This document shows, piece after piece, positions 23,801-37,096 of a DNA stretch of 64,000 nucleotides (position 1 is its first letter; each line of letters starts with the position of its first letter). The notes beneath the pieces are model-generated. The model had not been told where the DNA came from, ran no database searches, and was given only the letters and a program-made list of their open reading frames with translations. The translations under genes and the position numbers were made by a program. Location: NCBI GenBank assembly GCA_028023455.1, contig JAQFVV010000001.1, positions 4,650,001 through 4,714,000 of the forward strand, given 5' to 3'. Source of the DNA: Epiperipatus broadwayi. Taxonomy: Eukaryota > Animalia > Onychophora.

Positions 23801-24439
23801 ATTGCATTGTAAGGATTGCTGGTAAAACACTTTGTTTCTTCTGTCTGAGATATTGCTGAAAGTGGCTTTGTTAATAATCAGAGGTTCAGATCCTTATGTT
23901 ATCAAAATGGATATTTAACTGAATACATCAGATTTAGCATAAATACCTAAGCCTTCATAGTTGTGGTGATTTTTCTAATGGTGATCTGACCAAACTCTAG
24001 ATTGACTAAGTGACTATGGTAGTGTGAGGCAATTTGTCTAGGTGAGTTGGGTGAGCTTAATTGGCCTACTTGTATGTTAACAGTAGACCAGGTATTCGGG
24101 TTTACCTCTTGCCCAGAATAATACTATCTTATATTTATTTATAATCTATTTATAATCATGTAATTCTTCTTTATGTTTGTAATTCTAGCTTTCCTTTTAA
24201 TTTACCATGTATACATAATTGTCACTGTAAACATTGTACTTGTTTAATAAATATTTTGGGGGGGAAAGGCTTATGAATAGGTTGTCATGCCTAACAGATT
24301 AGTAATTACAGAAATATAAGTAATAATAATGACAAACAGAAGGCATTAGTATTAAAAATAAGCATTATAAATCTATTTTCCCCTCTAAATATAGGTACAT
24401 AAAATGTGTGAAATTTACATGATACAAACTCTTCAAGAT

Positions 24440-27060
24440 CAAAATGGAAGACTACACACATGACTAAGGCACTGTAAAGATTTAAGACTAATATAACTGC
24501 TACTTAATGAAACTCTTTCCAGGGAAAGAAAGTTTAATGAACAAATATATGACTGGATCAGTCAGAGAAAGAATAATGGATAATATTGGATTTGCTTTAA
24601 AATCTAATTTAGTGCCATCTACTCTTGGAATACATCACTGTCTCAATGAAACTGTCTTTTACAATGTCACTAATGCTCATTTTATTAATAACTATGCACT
24701 AAACTTAGATTCAGAGAATTAAGAGAAGAAAAAAAATTCCTTGCTAAATAGTATTATTAAATCTATACCATTAAAACATTTTTTTAATCTTTGAGATTTT
24801 AATGCACATTTTGGTACAAGTAGCAAACTTTGATCAAAAGTTGTTGGAAATAATAGTATTGGTACTGTAAATTTGAGTGGGTTATTTTACTGAATTTTAG
24901 CACAATACATGGATTGAATATTAGAAACACTTTGTTTAGGCAAAAAAACATGGGCACACCTCCATTCAAAAAAATGTCATTTAATATATTATATTATACT
25001 TAGGTGTCAGAATACAAGAGTTTGTATTATTCACTCACAAATGCAAATTGCTGAATAGACCATAAATTACTATCTTTTAAGATTAAAATGATAGATGCAT
25101 TAAAAAGTTGATCTTATTCTGATCATAGTCATAAGGAAAATAGTGCTTATTCTTTAGAAGTATCTTTGTATTAAATTTTTATAGCTATTAAATGCTAAAA
25201 TTTTAATTTGGATTTCTCTTCATAATTGTCTTACTTCTGATACATGAAAATTTCTTAAGGAATGTATTATAGATACAAGTAAATCTATTCTTTGGTTTAT
25301 TAAAAAAAAGAATCATGATTGGTTTTCTGACAATGGTCTTATTATTAGTAATTCTATTAAAAGAGAACATGGCATTTTCTGTTTGAAAAAATAATAAACT
25401 AAATGTAAAACTTAATAAATATAGAAATCTGAATGAATAACTTTTATGACTGACAAGAAGGATTAAAAATGATTGATAGATTAAAATTGCAAAGATCAGA
25501 TTTTGTTATTATGGCCACTCTAGATTTTTTTTTTTTTTTTTTGATGCACTGAAAGCAACTCGTGGCCTGAGAAACAGTATCACATTCCTATTAAATCTAA
25601 CTATGGCTATCTTTTATGAGATGACAATATTTTGAACAGGTTAGAAGAGTATTTATGTCATCTTCTGAATAATGATATAAGAATTGAGATGGACTTTTAG
25701 TGACATTCATTTTATCTGCTTATTTAGATATGATCAAAGATATAGCTTAGTAATGTCAAAACAGTTTCTTGTAATCTTAAAAATAGAAAGGCCCCAGGTC
25801 CTGAATAAGGTTTCAAATATGGTGATGTTGAAGTTATGCCATCTGATCTTAAGAGTGTTTCTATTGTTCAATCTTTTAAAAATAAAGAGGAATTAGACAA
25901 GATTGCAGAAATTTTCTGGAATTATCCATTATAGGAAAGATACCTTTATGGATTTTTGTTGAATAGGTTCCTTCCAAGTGTGGATGAATGATTACAAGAG
26001 ATTCAATGAGGTCTCAGAGAAACAAAATGCACTATAGACATGATTTTTGTTGCTAGGCAAATGCAAGAAGAATTGGAAACAAAGGAATGATTTATGTTTT
26101 TTTTATTGATTTAGTCAAGGTATTTTATTACATTAATCAAAGAGAAATTTGTTCATTTTATACAGCTTTTACATGACAGAATGAAAAAGTGTTCTTACTA
26201 CAAGTGGAAAATCAAGCATTTTGAATGAGAACTGGTGTTAAATAAGGATGTGTATTTGGTTCAACATTGTTTTTAAATTTTTACAGTTGCCTTTAGACCT
26301 TTTTATAGGCAAGTTTGATACTAGAATTTTTCATTTGAATCAAATTCTAGATTTACAATATGCTAATGATTGTGATATTTTTGCCAGTTTAAAAAATGAT
26401 TTACAGAATGTTCTTAGTGCTTTGAGTGCAACTTATAAAGATCATGGTTTATTAATTAAAGTTCAAAAAACTCAAGTTCTTTATCAGCTGGTGTCAGAAG
26501 AAAAATCCTCAGCAAATTTTAGTTTGGATAGTTATTAACTTGAGAATTATATGAATTTAAATATCTTGATAATTTTATAAGTTGAAAGGTAAACTTTGAT
26601 GTTGAGGTATGTTGAAGTAAAATACAAAGTCCAATGTAATGCTTCTACTTTTAACAAGTTAAAAGATAGGCTTTTTCATCATAGACCCTAAGCTGTACAG
26701 AGAGCTGCTCTTTTGCCTAAGGTATTGTATGGAAGAATTGGACACTCTATTGAGCAATATAAAGGCATTAGAAAAATTTCATTAAAGGTTATTTCATAAT
26801 ATTTTTAAAATACAATGGCAAAATTATAAAATCAACCAATTACATTTTTCAATTTAGTGGATGTGATACTATAAAATCCATTATTATAAAATCACATCTT
26901 CATTAAATTGGACATGTAAAATGAATGAACAATACAAGACTTTCTTTAAAATGGGAGAGATAGATCCTGTCTATGTTATAAGAATTAGTTCAAAGACATT
27001 TTAAAGAAGTGCAATGGGAAAAATATAATATTTCATCTTTGAAAATGTATAAAAAAGTAA
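24440..27060 (+). mobile_element. Decayed RTE/BovB-like LINE
   Basis: DFNAHFG (~24795), FIDLVKxF (~26100), DLQYANDCDIF (YADD equivalent, ORF 26248..26538), VLYG..WTL-like motif (~26720). Confidence 0.7.
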
Positions 27061-30000
27061 TAATCTAAACTATGTAAATAAAACAATAACTTTTATTATT
27101 TTATGATTATGAATATAACTGTATTTCAAATGAAAAAAATTCATTTGAACTCCATTTCTAATGTGCAAATGAATTTTTTTTAAGAATGCATAAAGTAATC
27201 AAATTATTTATAATTATTTTTAAAAAATGACAATAAATAATTACAACAACAGTTATAGAGGTATTCCTTTTTCAGCCATTCATAACTTTCTGCTTTATGT
27301 TATTATATTTCTATAAAAATATATTGCTAAAAATATATTTTTGAATAGAATCTTAATCTAAACACTATACTGTCATCAAAAAATAAATATTTCCTAAATA
27401 TTTTGCAAAAATAATCATAAATATATAAACAAACTTTGGAAAATACATGATTGATTTTTAAAATTGAAATAAAAAATGAGCTCTCACAGAAGCTCTTGCA
27501 AATATTGCATATTTTAAGAACCAAAGTCTGCCAATCAACACTTTCTGAATTAGGTTCTCTGTATGATATTGACACTTAGAAATATTTTTAAATTAACAAA
27601 TCAATATATATATATATTAGTTACAATTTTTATTGTCATAAGAAAACAAACTGGTAAGCAAACACTACAAATACAAGGAAGTAAATTTAAATCAAATCAT
27701 TAAAGTATTACTATATCATGCAAAAGAAATGCTGTAAATAGAAAAATGATTAAATTTAGAAAATATTCAGCATCAAAGTAATAATTCTCTTTATGGCTGC
27801 ATAATTAACTTTTCAGAAGCATGGTAATTAACCAAAACATCATGACTGCATGATAAGAATGGCAAGAAAAAGGTTTTCAAAAATTTAACAATTGGTTTAA
27901 TTTTTTGTCACATGATTTTATATCCATAAAATGTCTCAGAAAAGATTATCAAAAAAAATATTAAAATGTGTACACTAAAAAGGAAAAAAGAGGGCTTCCA
28001 AAAAAAGTTGGAAAGATAAATTAGAAGCAGAAATTTGCACAAAAATTTATGGATGATTGGAGAAGCATAATAATTGAGAATTGGAAGTCATAGATTGTTA
28101 TAGAGAAAGAAAAAGAAGAAAAAAAATTGTCTCGTGCTTTAGATTTCTTTCCTTAATTTTTTATAATTTTGAGAGAGATTACCAAAATGATTTTTTATTC
28201 ATCTGACATATCACTCTACTTTCTTAAATGAAATTATTATAACTACAATTTCTCTTATAACTAATTAAATTTGTTTTTAATTTTTATATAGCTAATTTTA
28301 GAACTGTATATCTTTCTACTTCATGCCATGCATTAATATACTCTTCAGTTTGGAATTAAAAAAACTTACATTACCAGTGATATTTTGTTGGAATTTAAAT
28401 AAACCTGGATATTTTTAAAACAGTTTGTCTTTGGATAAATAATCATATCTTACATCCTCACTTTTATAAAAAGCTTTATGATATATTTAAAAAATAATAT
28501 TTAAATTTAATGAATAAATTTTAATATTTACAAAATAGATTGAAGCCTTAAAAAATGTCTTAGAGACTATATTTAGCAACCATCATTATCTATACTCCAT
28601 TTAAAATAAAAGTAAATAATAATTTTTGTAAGATTTTCAACTACAAAGTAATCTCTAAAATATATGCTATTCACATAATGTTTTATTTATTTTATTTACA
28701 TATATACACACATTTATATAGAATTATGTCAAACACTAGCACATCTTTGGAATTTATTTTTATTAATTCATTTAAATGACAAACACATGTACAAAAGTAA
28801 TGGTATACAATATGTTATTACATTAATTTAAAATTAAAATAAAAACTTAAGTTCGTAAATAAAAATAAATTTATTAAAAACTAAAAGCTAAAATTAAAAA
28901 GAGTTGTTTAACATATATATATATTCACACAGATGGAAAACTTTAAAAGTATTTTTTCTTTTTAAAATAAAAAAAAAAGTATTTGAACATACTTTTTTAT
29001 AAATAAAAAAAAAGGAAAAATTTAAAGATTAATATTTTTTTAAAGTAACATAAATAAAAATGGAAAAAGGTATTAATTAATTCCTGTAATCTCAAAATGG
29101 AAATGATTGTTCTTTTAATTAAACGAAAAACAAACTAGCCCTTGTGGCTCATATATATTTTTTAAAAAAGTCAGATAGGAGATAAAGAAACTAAAGATTG
29201 ACCAATGGAAGCACCAAGTCACAGCATGGACCAAAAAAGAGACTCTAGGATTAGTGATATCTTGCTTGTTGGATCCGAAAATTTGCTGATAAGAGGCTAA
29301 TAAAAATATAAAAGGCAAAATAATTGTTGTTGCGAGGCTGATTATTAATCTACACATGGACTATTAATCTATCTATAAACTGTGTCTGTATTGCAGGCTC
29401 CATGATGTAGGAGCCTGAAGTAGATTTAATTTCCAGTCAACCAGCTGATGCCTCCAGAAGACAGTTCTTGACCAACTGAATGGCAAGTAGCAGCTCCATT
29501 TCAAAGGACAAACAGTCAACAAGAGTGATCATGAAAATGGACAGACTCCAGGAAATCTTCCATTGAAAGTATGAACTTTTGTCATTATAAACTGTTTCAA
29601 TAATGTCTTCTATAAGCAAAATAAGTTAAACTTAACTTTAAAGGAACTTATCTGACTTAAAGAAAATTTCTAAATTAATTTTATGTATAAATTGGCTAAG
29701 TTAATAATCATTTCCATTTTTTTTTCTTTAATAATTTATATTAATTAAATGCTTTGAATGTATTGAAATTTAGGTTGGGTATGGACAGCTATATAGATTC
29801 ATTAAGTTTATATTAGTTTAAGGGAGGGTTAATCTTGGGTTAGTTGTTTCACAGTTAAATTGGATTAATGGATTGGATATATTGGTGTAATTAGTAAATG
29901 TAGTATGAAGATCCACTACGTGCAGGATTATCTTTATGCCACACCATGGGAAAAGTAATTCCATTCTTATCGACCATCAGAAGCAGATGGATTTCCTGCT

Positions 30001-30974
30001 CATTAGATCATCTCTTTAGCCTATAGAATGGTATGGTAAATCAGCAAAAAGGACCGCAATCCCTTCCTATAGAGTTTTCTATTTATTTACTTTATTGCTC
30101 TTCTCACCAGGCAGATGTAACATTCCTGTACTGGATGAGAGACCATTTCTGCTATATAACCATGCTTTTCAGATGTGTATTCCTGACAGTATGGTACTGT
30201 GCTGTCATATTCATGTTGCATTGAATACATCAATGTACCAGATGGATTGGCATTAGTTTGACTGTGAACTTTTGGCCTAAGGTTAAATAAGGGCTATAGA
30301 ATATTTTCTTTTTAGAACGAATCCGTGTAGCATATCTATACTCAACATTATAAAACAAACTCTTATTAAAATCCATCTGTGCGAATTTATGAAATTTAAA
30401 TTTTAAATATAATAATAAATTTAAGATCATATTTATTCTTCAATTTTAAATATTTATATATGCATCAATAAATCCTTTTGTGTGTGTTATTTCTGGCAGT
30501 AGCTTATTTATTTATTTTATTGAAATGTGTTTATTAAAATATATTTTAAGAAGTTATATTAAGTTTCTGCATCTCCATGAGCTAGTGACATGGGCTGATG
30601 ATCATAATAAAATATATATGTAAAAATGTGGATTTTAACAGTACATATCTGCCTACTATATAAATTTCCCAGGCTCCAATAGCCTGGTGGTGCCCTGTAT
30701 GGCAGATACGGGAAGACTCCAACTACCAGATCAACCCGACTGTTATAATATTCATACATACAACCACACTCACATATAAATGTTATATTGTCTGGGTTCA
30801 TGTGTGCATAATTTATTGTACTAAATATATATATATACCAATGTTTTGGAAGGGTTCCACTGGCCATCAATTGTGTAATAAACCTTATAAAAATCATTAT
30901 AGAGGCATTGCAAATTCTAACATACAAGAAGATTAAAAATTTCACTAATAGAAAACAGATAGAAATAATAAAAA

Positions 30975-31325
30975 TCAGAAATTATTGAGATTAATGATTT
31001 TTTTAAAAAAAATTCCAAATAGAAGATATTTTATATGTATCATCAGGTAAGTTGATATAATCTGGCCTTTTGAAGATTTTAATGGCTTTTGAGTGTGACA
31101 TCTAGATAAGATTCTAATGTTAGGGAAATTAGTTCTATGACTTGTATCCATAGCATGAAGGGAGAGAGCTGCTGATGATGAGTTATGCTTAACTGCATTA
31201 ACATGTTCATCATTTTTAACAGTCATATGACAAATGCTCATACCTACATAAGAAGTTCTACAAATACCACATGAAATTTTATAAATTTTATGAACTTCAA
31301 GAGAAATTGAGTCTTTAGGCTTCAA
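30975..31325 (-). pseudogene. Penelope-like GIY-YIG endonuclease relic
   Basis: IYKISCGICRTSYVGMS...EHVNAVKHNSSSAALSLHAMDTSHRTNFPNIRIL matches the PLE pattern VYxIxCxxCxxxYxGxT...EH...SALxxH....H......IL. Confidence 0.8.
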
Positions 31326-32038
31326 TAGAAAGTTACTAATTTTTTGGTAAGTAGTATATAATGTTTATATATTATGTTTTAGAATATATCAATATATGAC
31401 ATAAATGACAAACTATTGGTTATACTTATTTTTTTATATATCAAATACATTGTTATCTAGTCTAATTCAATTTTTTTTCTTAATTGAGTAAGCTCTTAGT
31501 TAGCTTTTAATCTATCTATTATTATTCATGATCATACTGGGTTGCATGAAGTCCCAAGAACTTTCTAAAATTAAAGCACCAAACATTTATTATGATAATA
31601 TTAATTGGTATGGCATTTATGCTAGTTAACTATTTTCAAAACCTTATCATTATTTAAAAACTCTTGTTTTTGATATATGCTTAAATTATGTTTTAGAAAT
31701 TATTTAGCGGTTTTAAAAAAAATTGTTTCTAATTTTTTTTATGTAAAGACATCCATTTTTGAAATATTAATTAGCCACAAACTATAATAACATCTTTATG
31801 GCAATTCTGGTTCCCAATTTTAATAATAATAATATATTTTGAAAAAAAAAGAGGATTAGTACTGTAATCCTAATATCTTTTTTGTTTTTACAATTTCTTT
31901 TAATTAGAACTACAAAAATAAAAGCAATTCTTTTATCAATAATATTAACTAATGAGACAAATAAAAATTTATAAAACATACTTTTTCCTAAAATTTAAAA
32001 ATATGAATATAAACCCTGAACTCATCAGTACATTTATA

Positions 32039-32295
32039 TCAAATCATCACCATTCCCTATGCTTACACAAGCTTTTAAAACAGAGGCAAAACTCTCCATA
32101 TAGTAATACCACCCAGTGCATGCCAGAGTAATCAATGGATGCAAGAAGGTTTGTACATAAAATATCTATCTAGTACTAATCTTAGGATATTGGATGAGTA
32201 GGCACTAGACTGGGATTTTATGCACAAATTTTATTGTATCCATTGATTATTCTGGCTTGCACTGGTGGTACAACTGTATGGAGAGTTTGCCTCCA
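32039..32295. mobile_element. Family 2 copy (foldback with one-sided extension; 10-bp TSD)
   Basis: Arms ~32083-32163 and ~32215-32293; TACATTTATA at 32029-32038 and 32296-32305. Confidence 0.8.
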
Positions 32296-33433
32296 TACAT
32301 TTATAGTTGATGCATTGGCCAATCCACATTTTTGAGAACCTTTTATCAGCTAAGAACAGCTAGGTAGTTGACCTGGACTATCTTGGTTTTCTTGTAAATC
32401 CTCATCAACTTAAAAAGTTTCTAATTTTATAACTGTTGAACTCAGATTAAAATTATTTATTAACTTTATTCAATGTAAAAACATCGTACAGACATACTTT
32501 TCTATTTGAATAGCATTTGAAGTTATAAACTTTAAATGTATTAATAAACATTTATATTAACTTATGGACTAGTCAAATGACTCTAGAAAATTTATCTTAT
32601 AAATGTTTACTATGGTATGTACATTTGGAGTTTATAACTAATTCAATTATTATTATATACTTTTAATGTTATATATTTAATACCCATTGTTTGTTTAGGT
32701 GACAGTAAATATTAATATAGTTTTAATATATACACAAATACATATATAATGGATACAATCAATTCTTTTATGCATATAAATATATATGATTTTTATGAAC
32801 ATAATAATTAATTTGGTATTATGATTTAAACACGATTATTTGTGGCAACATAACATTATGTGGCCTTCTTTCTGACTTTTTTTCATCCATGAAGAAATAT
32901 CTGTATAGTTTAATTATGCTATATTTTTATAGCATGGATGTAAAGCACTAGATTGAACCAGTTTTAATCTTTTGAAAATTACATTTTCCCTTAAATATAA
33001 AAGTGTATATTTTATATCGTCATGTGTCATTTTCAAAGTGGAAAAAATATTTTATATTATGTAGGTTCGCACCGAACAAATCTAAATCTGATATTAAGAA
33101 ATACCGCAGTTTTCAGTTGATTGTGAATACAGGCTTCTAATTGCAATAATAATAAAAAATGTACATCATAACAAATGGCTAATAAAAAAAACTCTGTAAT
33201 GAATTTAATAAAAATTGCAATCTTCCTGGGATGTATTTTTAAAAATTTATCTAAAAACATTTTTTTTATTATCAAAACCGCCTTACCCCAACGCCTTATT
33301 AAAAAACCAGTTATGCAGATTATTTTACATATAACATTATTAAGAAATCAAATATATAATATAATCAATGTCTAATATTTTAGAAATTGTTTTGTATCAC
33401 ATATTTACTTTTTTTTTTCTCATGTGTCATAAA

Positions 33434-33870
33434 ATTTTTTTTCAAAAAGTGTCTGAAAATCGTCAACTAAAAAAGACCGAGGCTACACATATTAAAATGC
33501 TGAAAATTGACAAGTAAAAAATAAATTTATATCAAAAAGTGCCTGAAAATCGACAACTAAAAAAGCCCGAGGCTACACATATCAAAATGCATATGTGTAG
33601 CCTCGGGCTTTTTTAGTTGTCGATTTTCAGGCACTTTTTGTCAAGTAAAAAATAAATTTATATCAAAAAGTGCCTGAAAATCGACAACTAAAAAAGCCCG
33701 AGGCTACACATATCAAAATGCATATGTGTAGCCTCGGGCTTTTTTAGTTGTCGATTTTCAGGCACTTTTTGATATAAATTTATTTTTTACTTGTTGATTT
33801 TCAGCATTTTAATATGTGTAGCCTCGGGCTTTTTAGTTGACTATTTTCAGACACTTTTTGAAAAAAAAAT
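33434..33870. repeat. Nested palindromic repeat with an exact 131-bp internal duplication
   Basis: Outer inverted arms; two identical hairpins with perfect 50-bp arms and an 8-nt loop (33533-33640 and the copy 131 bp downstream). Confidence 0.9.
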
Positions 33871-34454
33871 GTATCACTTGCAGGTTTCTGACCGGTTGTT
33901 GATGGTACCGCAGCATCACCTGGTGGCGACATAGCACATCGGGTTAAAGTACCGAATTAAAATTTAAAAAATCATCTACTTTTGATTTTATATTTAAAAA
34001 TAAGTTTATTAACATTAAAAAATATTTTAATGAACAAATAATAGTTATCAATAACAATAAATTTGTATGTTGATAAATAGTTCTACAAAATTTGTGTGTT
34101 TATTTTTTAATTTTTGATGGAATTTGCGATTTTTTAACTAATAGCCAAAATGACTGGAACACTACCAATGGTGACCCATCTTATCTGACTTTATTTAGCA
34201 CTTGGTCATGCCAGTGGTGGGTTTGGAAAAGCAAAATAAAAGATAACACATGCTAAATTAGTACCATAAATTCTATTAATTTTAACAAATTTATAAAAAC
34301 TATGAATAATAAATATGAAGTGATATGAATACATACAATTTATGAAACAATGATCTTTAAATGCATGTACTCTAAGAATCCTTTATGTGAGGGTATTATT
34401 TGCAAGTTTATTGAAATGTTTTCCATACTATCATTTATGAAAATCAGGTTTTCA

Positions 34455-34492
34455 AACCTCTGGTCTATCTGATAACCTCTGGTCTATCTGAT
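34455..34492. repeat. 19-bp perfect tandem duplication
   Basis: AACCTCTGGTCTATCTGAT twice. Confidence 0.9.
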
Positions 34493-34802
34493 AAGTATAG
34501 ATTGATAACCTGCATAATGAGAGCTTGTTTGACTTTTTGGATGATAATTAATAATTTTATATATATATGTTTAAAACTAAGAAATACATTACAATGTTCA
34601 TGTATCTGATTGGATATACATATTTCTAATATTGAAGTTTTAATTATTACATGCACTTTGGCAAAAAAAAAAAAAAATTTTTTTTTGTTTATAGTTAAAC
34701 ACATTTAATTAACAATATTTATAAAACAAATTTTTTTCTAAGTATTGGATTTCTTAGAATATATGGTCGAAGAAAAAAAAAATTTTTTCTCTCATGTGTC
34801 AT

Positions 34803-34883
34803 AGCGTCAGCCGGGAAGCGAACCCGCTAATCCGGGACAACTGCTTGTAAAGCAGCCGTCGCTGACCTCTCGACCACCAATGC
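34803..34883 (-). tRNA. tRNA-like gene or SINE head (TAC anticodon, long variable region)
   Basis: Reverse complement: GCATTGG-TGGTCGAGAGG (A box)...GCTGC-TTTACAA-GCAGT...CGGG-TTCGCTT-CCCG-G-CTGACGC; T-run ~25 nt downstream; acceptor stem has 1 mismatch and 2 G-U pairs. Confidence 0.5.
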
Positions 34884-35442
34884 TTGAAGAAAAATTTTAA
34901 TATTGAATTAATGGAATAATGCATAGAAAATTATTAACATTTTTAAGACTTATCCCTAATAGTTGCTTAATTTAACAAATGGGTTTGGAGTGATATTTTG
35001 CCATCAAGCTCAATGGTTGCATATTTTTATCCAGTAACCACCTTTGTTTCTATTAAACTCTCCAAACTAATATCTCAAAAGTTTTAGTGCCCTAAGAGTT
35101 TTTATCTAGAATAATCTGTTTAAGTATAGATATGACACATAATGACTTCAATTTAAATGTGGCTGCAGGATGGTGTTTCATCTAGTGCTCCTCATTGAGA
35201 AAATATTCAGAAAATTCTAATGATTTGGTTAGCGCTATTATTTGATGTTATCAATTATTCATGCTTGCTTAGATGTTTCCTGTGTAGAGTGATATAGAGT
35301 AAATTATTACAATTTAATCCTCTTTATTACATTGCCCAATTCAACCAATGTTATTGTTAATACTTTTCATGTATTTGTATTTATATTTGTTATAGATCTG
35401 AAGAAGATTGTTGGGGCAATTAAAAATGTTATAATTGATATA

Positions 35443-35658
35443 GAATAGATGAAATACACAGGCTTATATATACCTGTGTTTATATATGTAATAGACAGGG
35501 TATGAGCACAGACTTTCACATGACCCACCACTCTCCACACTATCTCATAATACTGATACACCTGAACACACATATGTTGAAAAGATAAATAATCACCAAT
35601 ATACGTATTTCATGCTAAACCAGCAATCATCAGTTGGTCAAGATTACCATCTCTACAC
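35443..35658 (-). mobile_element. Family 1 single copy with hammerhead G (35589-35647) and 12-bp TSD
   Basis: ATAATTGATATA at 35431-35442 and 35659-35670; core CUGAUGA/GAAA and palindromic UACGUA intact; helix II closing pair U-U. Confidence 0.85.
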
Positions 35659-37096
35659 ATAATTGATATAATAACTGGTATAAAGCATTGTAAAAAGTAA
35701 TAAAGAAATGTCTTAATAATAATATTGGTAGAATAAATTATTGTTATCAATTCAGATTTAAGAAAATAAGTATATGGAATTACTGCCTTAAATCAAAAGA
35801 TTATTAATTTGATGAATTGCAAAAAAAAAAAAAAAAAAAGACAAGATTTGTGTATGTTAATTAAACAACAGTAATCAATATATCATTTTTTAATAATCAA
35901 TAAATGCTTTCAATTTAATAGTTACTTCTAAATATAAATAAAACAATACCAAATATCTAATATGAAGAAAAACTAAGAAAATATTTAAATAAATAAAAAA
36001 AAACATGATTGGCAAAATATGGTACTTTACTTTTGGCATATGATGAAGACTACATTTTAAAAGGAAAGAAAGTCAATGGGAAAATGCAATAAGTTATTAA
36101 TGGAGAGAAGGGGAGGTATTAAATCCCCCAGATTACTCTTATAGTTTCATTTTGAAAAAATAATATAGCAAATTGAGAATTTTTTTTAAAAGACAGAAGA
36201 ATTAAATGGAATGGGATGTGAAAACTTATCTCTAAATCAGCTTGTGACTATGAAAAGGCGTATATTAAAAATATAAATACAAATACTCTTCAAAAACAGT
36301 AAAGTGAGAAATTTAACAGTATATAAAATGGCATTTTCAGCAATTGTTAGCAATATGCAGTTAAAATTAGAAAAGGTATATATGAATTAGTATAGTTATT
36401 ACTAATATTATATAAAAATAAATTTACAGAATATATGTATATGTAATATGTAAGTTTAAAAATTTATATTTATAAATTATTTTTAAAATATGCTTAAGTT
36501 TTCAGAAGTATATGGTGACTTTAAATATTTGGGAAATTTATAAGAAAAGAAGAGTAAAGGGTATATTATTTAATTATTTTTAATATAAAAGATTAGGATA
36601 ATTTTGAGTGAGTTGAAAGAGTATTAATTTACTAATACCATAATAAAGCTGTATGAAAAGTAATAAAAAATTATTTTAAATAATATATAAGTAGAATATA
36701 TCTAATTTAAAACTTGGTCATTAGTTTTCTAGATTAGAAAAATTTCTCATGATTTTAAACTTACTATGATGCCTTAATATTTTAATAACTTATTAAAATT
36801 TTTAAATCATCCTAATCAAAGTCAATAATTTATTATATTAATAAATTAATTATCTCCTATTCTACTTCCTTGTTTCAAATATTGTATAGATCAGGTTTTT
36901 TATGTGTTTTGTTTCATCCCACTATCTATTTAGCAGTTAGATTTAATCTTGTTTGAAGATAACAGAATGTTGTTAAAAAATAGTAATATTAAATTCAGTC
37001 TTTAATGGATTGGCTTATTTGCAATCCTCTCTTTCCATATAATAATTCAAGTTAACACTTTTTAAATATCAATTTACAACAGGTTATTCTAAATTT

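Larger units (their letters stand above)
18685..24262 (+). mobile_element. L1/Tx1-clade LINE, near full length, decayed (element L1-a)
   Basis: ORF1 remnants with CCHC-like knuckles (~19490-19610); ORF2 from ATG 20648 (MLHKLVGVNVRGIN), GDFN and SDH (20939..21385), QLDFNAAFESV, QGSPLS, YMDD (22403..22867), C-terminal C/H finger ~23480-23545; AATAAA at 24247. Confidence 0.9.

Noticed and set aside
29115-29640. Host coding exon in a GC-richer island
   Set aside because: An acceptor exists on the - strand but all frames close quickly and no family is recognisable.
29640-30945. Additional LINE relic on the - strand
   Set aside because: Only a CxxC-like fragment and vague similarity; no diagnostic RT or APE motif.
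33021-34802. TCATGTGTCAT occurring three times (33021, 33420, 34792)
   Set aside because: Too short to separate a shared SINE tail or E-box from chance without genome-wide counts.
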